A program made the translations under genes and the position numbers. 64,000 nt of DNA from Anthoceros angustus (taxonomy: Eukaryota; Plantae; Anthocerotophyta), in contig VJWM01000044.1 in the NCBI GenBank assembly GCA_010909165.1, positions 434,001 through 498,000 of the forward strand. Reading direction: 5' to 3'. The notes beneath the pieces were generated by a model. That model did not search any database and was not told where the DNA came from. It was given only the letters and a program-made list of their open reading frames with translations. Numbering within the stretch: the stretch's first letter is position 1; every line of letters begins with the position of its first letter. Positions 62,505 through 64,000 of this stretch are shown piece after piece.

Positions 62505-63903
62505 ATGGAGTCGCTGCTGGCGAACTATGGCGAATCCGATGACGAGGAGATCGCAGAAGTACAGGCGGGTGTCGGCGCTGCTCAGACCGTCGCGGGAAGT
62601 TCTGTGCGGCCCTCATTGCGGGGCTGGCTTCCCCCGCCTGTAGTTGGGGATGGATCTCGGCCGAGGATCAGCCAGGCGCTCCCTGCTGCAAGGAGTCTGT
62701 ATGAAACCCCTGCAGGAGGTGCAGATTTTTCAGGTCCTGAGGAGATTGGGGTGCAGGAGAAGGTTTTGCCGTCAGCTGCTGGTAGTGGCGTCTCAAAGGC
62801 TCCGGCTGGGAGGAAGGTTGGGGGAATTGGAGGTGGATTGTCTTCAATGTTGCCTCCTCCGAAGAAAGGCTCGGGATCACAGAAGCGGACCGTGGAATTC
62901 AAACCCCCAGTGAATACCGCATTGATGTACCAGGATGACGAGGAAGAAGAGGCGAGGCCAGCGAAGAAGAGGGTGGTCTCCGCAGCAGGAGGGGGCAAAA
63001 TAGGGCTTACCGCAATTCTGCCTCCTCCGAAGCACACCCTTGGGGTAGGATCGGCCTTGGGAGGAGGTGCCGGTGCGGGGGGACGACGGACTGTCATGGA
63101 AACGCAACGCCGGGTTTCCGCCGAGCCTGCAAGTGCAGAAGCAGCCAGTGTTGTTGATGCTGCTACTCCACAGGCCTGCAAGGACTTTCCACATGATGTT
63201 GCATGCGGAGCAGGCCAGCAGCAAGAGTTTGCTCAAGACCAATATACGGTACGTTGTTTTCCAGTTTTAGCCCTAATGGAGTTGAGGAATCTGGTGGGAA
63301 CAGCTGTTGATATGCTTGTTTGTCTCTGTGAACAGGCAACCGTCTATCAGGACCAAGGAACAAGCTATCCTGCAGACTATTCTTGGCAAGATCAACCTAG
63401 CGGCGTCGAATACGATATGGCTGGTTACGGGCCACCTTCTGGAGAGGGTTCTGGACAGCTGTTGCCCGTAACTGCAGACGATGCATTGGCACGAGTTTTG
63501 CAGGCCGAGCGGAGAAGGGGAAGGCCTCCAACTGTCATCGAAGTAAAGCAAGCTGACTTGACCAAAGGGAAGATTCGGGAGGACCAAGTATCGAGCACTG
63601 GCATTGCATTTGGTCCAGCTTACAAGGTGCGTGGGTGTCGTATGTATGTATGTGCGAATTCTTTTCTGTTTCTAGAAGTTTAGAGGAGCGGAGGTTACTG
63701 GTAAGTGCGCCTTCTGAACCATGGAATCTCTTTTGATGCAGCCTGCTGCAGCTACCAAGGACAAACCTTCGAAACTTCACAGGAGAAAGCACCAAATCGG
63801 GTCACTGTATTATGATATGCGGCAGAAAGAGATGGAGCTCAATGACCGTAGGTCTAGAGGGCAGCTGACAAAAGCCGAGACACAAGCCAAGTATGGCTGG
63901 TAG
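62505..63903 (+). CDS. PRCC: Proline-rich mitotic checkpoint control factor (PRCC) homolog
   Basis: MESLLANYGESDDEE, repeated LPPPK motifs and the C-terminal RRKHQIGSLYYDMRQKEMEL...TKAETQAKYGW* are present. Confidence 0.92.
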
Positions 63904-64000
63904 AGCACACATTTTGTTTATGGTAGGCGAAAGGACTTCAGCCTCTCAAGCTCGACGAGAGATGAAATAATACAATCCCGACATCTCCGATGCAACCAAC

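Overview
Compact, intron-containing land-plant nuclear DNA with short GT-AG introns and about 15 genes in 50 kb. The PPR-DYW variant ending in DRH points to a hornwort (Anthoceros-like); this is an inference. Positions 1-15.3 kb are a transposon graveyard. It contains a minus-strand Gypsy-like LTR with polypurine tract, about 7 kb of tandemly duplicated, indel-riddled GC-rich accessory-ORF sequence, a 340-codon unknown ORF containing a tRNA-iMet PBS match, an internally inverted Copia gag and a Gypsy integrase tail. Positions 15.5-64 kb are gene-dense: DDAH-like amidinotransferase, peroxisomal adenine nucleotide carrier, two tandem PLS-class PPR editing factors, CDKA, sterol glucosyltransferase UGT80, 1-Cys peroxiredoxin, cytosolic pyruvate kinase, plastid uL5c and bS21c, an intronless TE-derived unknown protein, acyl-protein thioesterase, UBA2-like RRM protein, a degenerate CRE-like non-LTR element, mTERF2/EMB2219, a RING-H2 ligase and PRCC. 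The strongest leads are: (1) a complete DYW:KP/DRH-type PPR, a candidate U-to-C editing enzyme, directly downstream of a catalytically truncated PG-type E+ PPR with 48-51 aa long-L motifs; (2) an intron-containing DDAH with intact catalytic motifs; (3) an intact stand-alone gene that appears homologous to the accessory ORF of the retroelement in the same window; (4) an unknown ORF whose internal repeat differs mainly at synonymous sites. No database search or alignment was run; all family calls come from motif recognition.
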